NCBI GenBank assembly: GCA_051251915.1
Contig: JBPOGF010000008.1
Span: forward strand, 1-64,000
Reading direction: 5' to 3'
Length of the DNA: 64,000 bases
Source of the DNA: Akkermansiaceae bacterium
GTDB lineage: Bacteria; Verrucomicrobiota; Verrucomicrobiia; Verrucomicrobiales; Akkermansiaceae
The notes beneath the pieces were generated by a model, which did not search any database, was not told the origin of the DNA, and worked only from the letters and a program-made list of their open reading frames with translations. The position numbers and the translations under genes were made by a program. Positions 61,764 through 64,000 of this stretch are shown here, piece by piece. The stretch's first letter is position 1. The number at the start of each line of letters is the position of its first letter.

Positions 61764-63578
61764 ATGAGCAAGCTTCATACACTGCCCGTAAAAAAATCAA
61801 TTGGAGGTCAAAAACGACGCTTCATTTTTGCGATCATAATGATACTCATCTTCAGCCTCCACGGACTAGGCCTAGGCTGGAAAGATTTCATCCCATCAGA
61901 TAAAGGCTTCGAGCTCTTCAATGAATTCTCCGCTGCTGCCCTAAGCCCAGCCACTGAATATCAAAGCACCGGCATCTCTGAAAGCGCCCCGCCCTATTAT
62001 CAAAAAGTCCTCAAATCCCTCTGGCTCACCCTCCAATACGCCACCTGCGCCATCAGCATAGCACTCCTCCTAGGCATCACCCTAGGCTTCTTCTGCACCA
62101 AGTCCTGGTGGCCACAGACCCGCAACTCCCTAGGCCTGCGCCCCCTCCTCATCATCATCCATCGCATAGCTCGCACGATCATCACCTTCGGCAGATCCAT
62201 CCATGAACTACTCTGGGCCTTACTTCTAATCACAGCCCTAGGAACCTCCCCATTCGCCGCCATCATGGCTCTAGCCATCCCCTACGGTTGCACCTTAGCG
62301 AAGGTATTTTCTGAAATCATCGATGAACAAAACACTAACAAAAGCAACTGCCTAAAAGCCCACGGCGCCCCCTCAGTCAGCGCCTGGATGTTTGGCATGA
62401 TCCCCAGCGCCATTCCAGACCTCCTCAGCTACACACTCTACCGCTACGAATGCGCCATCCGCTCCGCCGCCATTCTAGGCTTCGTAGGCATCACCACCAT
62501 TGGCTACCACATTGAAACCGCCTTCGCTGACGGTTACTATAATGAAATCTGGACACTACTCTACAGCCTACTCTTCCTCCTCATCATCATTGAAAACCTC
62601 AGCATCTACATCAGAAAAAAAATCAGCACCGCTCCAAAACCTAAAGACTCACCCACCACAACCACCGTCCACACCAGAGAAAAACACGTAGAACATCTCC
62701 GCAAACAAGTAGGCAGAAAATACTCCCTCTACATAATCACCGCAGCACTAGCCCTCCTAACCTTCATAGCCTGGAACACCGGTGAACCCATGCTATCTGA
62801 CCTCAGCAGCAAACAACGCGCAGCAAACATAGACCGCTTCCTCACCCAAGAAATCACCCCCTACCCAGTCCAACAATCCGGAAACTGGGCAGACGCCATC
62901 CCATGGGCAAAAGAGCTAATCCTCACCAAAGGTCTAGACGCTACACTCAAGACATTTTACATCGCCACAGCCGCCATCATTATCGCATTCCTCCTCGGAC
63001 TCGTCAGTATTCCATCCAGCGCCAAATCCCTCAACTCAGCAGACTACTTTGGAGTCTCACTCGGCCTATCAAAAACCAGATTATTCATAAGACGTACCAT
63101 CTCCCTATTCACCAAAGCTATTCTCATGATCACCAGATCCATGCCAGAATTCCTACTAGCCTACCTCCTACTCCAGATCCTCGGAGCCACCGCCTGGCCT
63201 CTCATCCTAGGGCTAGCACTACATAACTACGGAATCATCGGCAGATTAGGCGGAGAAATGCTAGACAACGCAGACCCCAGCAACGCAAAAGTCATCGTCA
63301 CCCACGGCGGAAACAGCAACCAACTTTACCTCTTCACCCTCCTCCCCAGCGTTTTCAACCGCCTCCTCCTCTACTTCTTCTACCGCTGGGAAACATGCAT
63401 CCGTGACGCCACAGTCATGGGCATGCTCGGCATCAGCTCACTAGGCTTCCTCATCGTCGATGCCTCAGCTAGAGATAATAAAGACGAAATGTTCTTCTAC
63501 ATCCTCCTCGGTGCATGCCTAGTAATGATCGGTGACATCGTCTCAGACATCATCAGAGCTCGCCTAAGAGCTACTTAG
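61764..63578 (+). CDS. Fused double PhnE/PtxC-like ABC permease
   Basis: Two homologous halves: RSIHELLWA...YRYECAIRSAAILGFVG and RSMPEFLLA...YRWETCIRDATVMGMLG. Confidence 0.85.
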   Translation: MSKLHTLPVKKSIGGQKRRFIFAIIMILIFSLHGLGLGWKDFIPSDKGFELFNEFSAAALSPATEYQSTGISESAPPYYQKVLKSLWLTLQYATCAISIALLLGITLGFFCTKSWWPQTRNSLGLRPLLIIIHRIARTIITFGRSIHELLWALLLITALGTSPFAAIMALAIPYGCTLAKVFSEIIDEQNTNKSNCLKAHGAPSVSAWMFGMIPSAIPDLLSYTLYRYECAIRSAAILGFVGITTIGYHIETAFADGYYNEIWTLLYSLLFLLIIIENLSIYIRKKISTAPKPKDSPTTTTVHTREKHVEHLRKQVGRKYSLYIITAALALLTFIAWNTGEPMLSDLSSKQRAANIDRFLTQEITPYPVQQSGNWADAIPWAKELILTKGLDATLKTFYIATAAIIIAFLLGLVSIPSSAKSLNSADYFGVSLGLSKTRLFIRRTISLFTKAILMITRSMPEFLLAYLLLQILGATAWPLILGLALHNYGIIGRLGGEMLDNADPSNAKVIVTHGGNSNQLYLFTLLPSVFNRLLLYFFYRWETCIRDATVMGMLGISSLGFLIVDASARDNKDEMFFYILLGACLVMIGDIVSDIIRARLRAT

Positions 63579-63999
63579 CAACCTGCTGTAATTTGTGCAG
63601 CCGATCCAGCGCCAGTCCGTCATCAATAAGCTCGCCTGCCTTCTTCACACCATCCGCTAGACTATCCACCAGCCCAGCACACGCCAAACCCGCCCCTGCA
63701 TTAAGCAACACCATTTGACGTTTGGGACCTCGCTCTTTTCCTGAAAGAATATCCGTTAGTATCTGAGCATTAAGCTCAGCATCTCCACCCACGAGATCGG
63801 CAACCTCACATTGATCAAGACCCAAATCAGCTGGCAACACAGTCTCATCAACTAAATCCTGGTAAGCCCCAGACTTATAGATGTGCGATTCTCCCATCAG
63901 ACTCAACTCATCAACAGTAGCACCCTCAGCCGTTTTCCCCAGCACAACCCAAGCGCTATCGCGTCCCAGACGTTGCAAAATATCAGCATACACTTGCGC
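63571..63999 (-). CDS. trpD: Anthranilate phosphoribosyltransferase (3' part, truncated by window end)
   Basis: AWVV.G....DELS, P.DLGL, L.GGDAELNA, VLLNAGAGL, G.A...L. Confidence 0.88.
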   Translation of the reverse strand, partial: AQVYADILQRLGRDSAWVVLGKTAEGATVDELSLMGESHIYKSGAYQDLVDETVLPADLGLDQCEVADLVGGDAELNAQILTDILSGKERGPKRQMVLLNAGAGLACAGLVDSLADGVKKAGELIDDGLALDRLHKLQQVAK

Positions 64000-64000
64000 C

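Noticed and set aside
1..64000. CRISPR array, prophage, rRNA or full-length IS
   Set aside because: No regularly spaced repeats, cas, phage structural, rRNA or transposase sequences recognised.

Overview
Bacterial chromosomal window, most likely from a Verrucomicrobiota genome. This is inferred from the PEP-CTERM/exosortase-associated genes, the DUF1552-DUF1592 pair, the MoxR-ABC-DUF58 operon and an Amuc_1098-like secretin domain. Positions 1-3072 hold an integron: two gene cassettes on the minus strand with recognisable attC sites, an attI core, and a long integron integrase gene. The integrase is cut in two by a 233-bp, highly structured MITE-like element with 18-bp terminal inverted repeats and a TA duplication; removing it precisely restores the reading frame. 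A Verrucomicrobia-type LexA box overlaps the integrase start. The rest is mostly core or envelope genes: moxR operon, tamB/tamA-like pair, rlpA, htpG, serB-like, aroB, tRNA-Leu(TAA), glgP, polX, recQ, a two-component system, rlmD-like, leuB, rpsU, a Ser/Thr kinase, a PhnCDE-like ABC transporter and partial trpD. Other observations are a candidate rod-shaped ncRNA (about 16.9-17.05 kb), a stand-alone mini-secretin gene, and an extreme but patchy C>>G strand skew that generates many spurious antisense ORFs. All family calls come from motif recognition by eye; no database searches were run.
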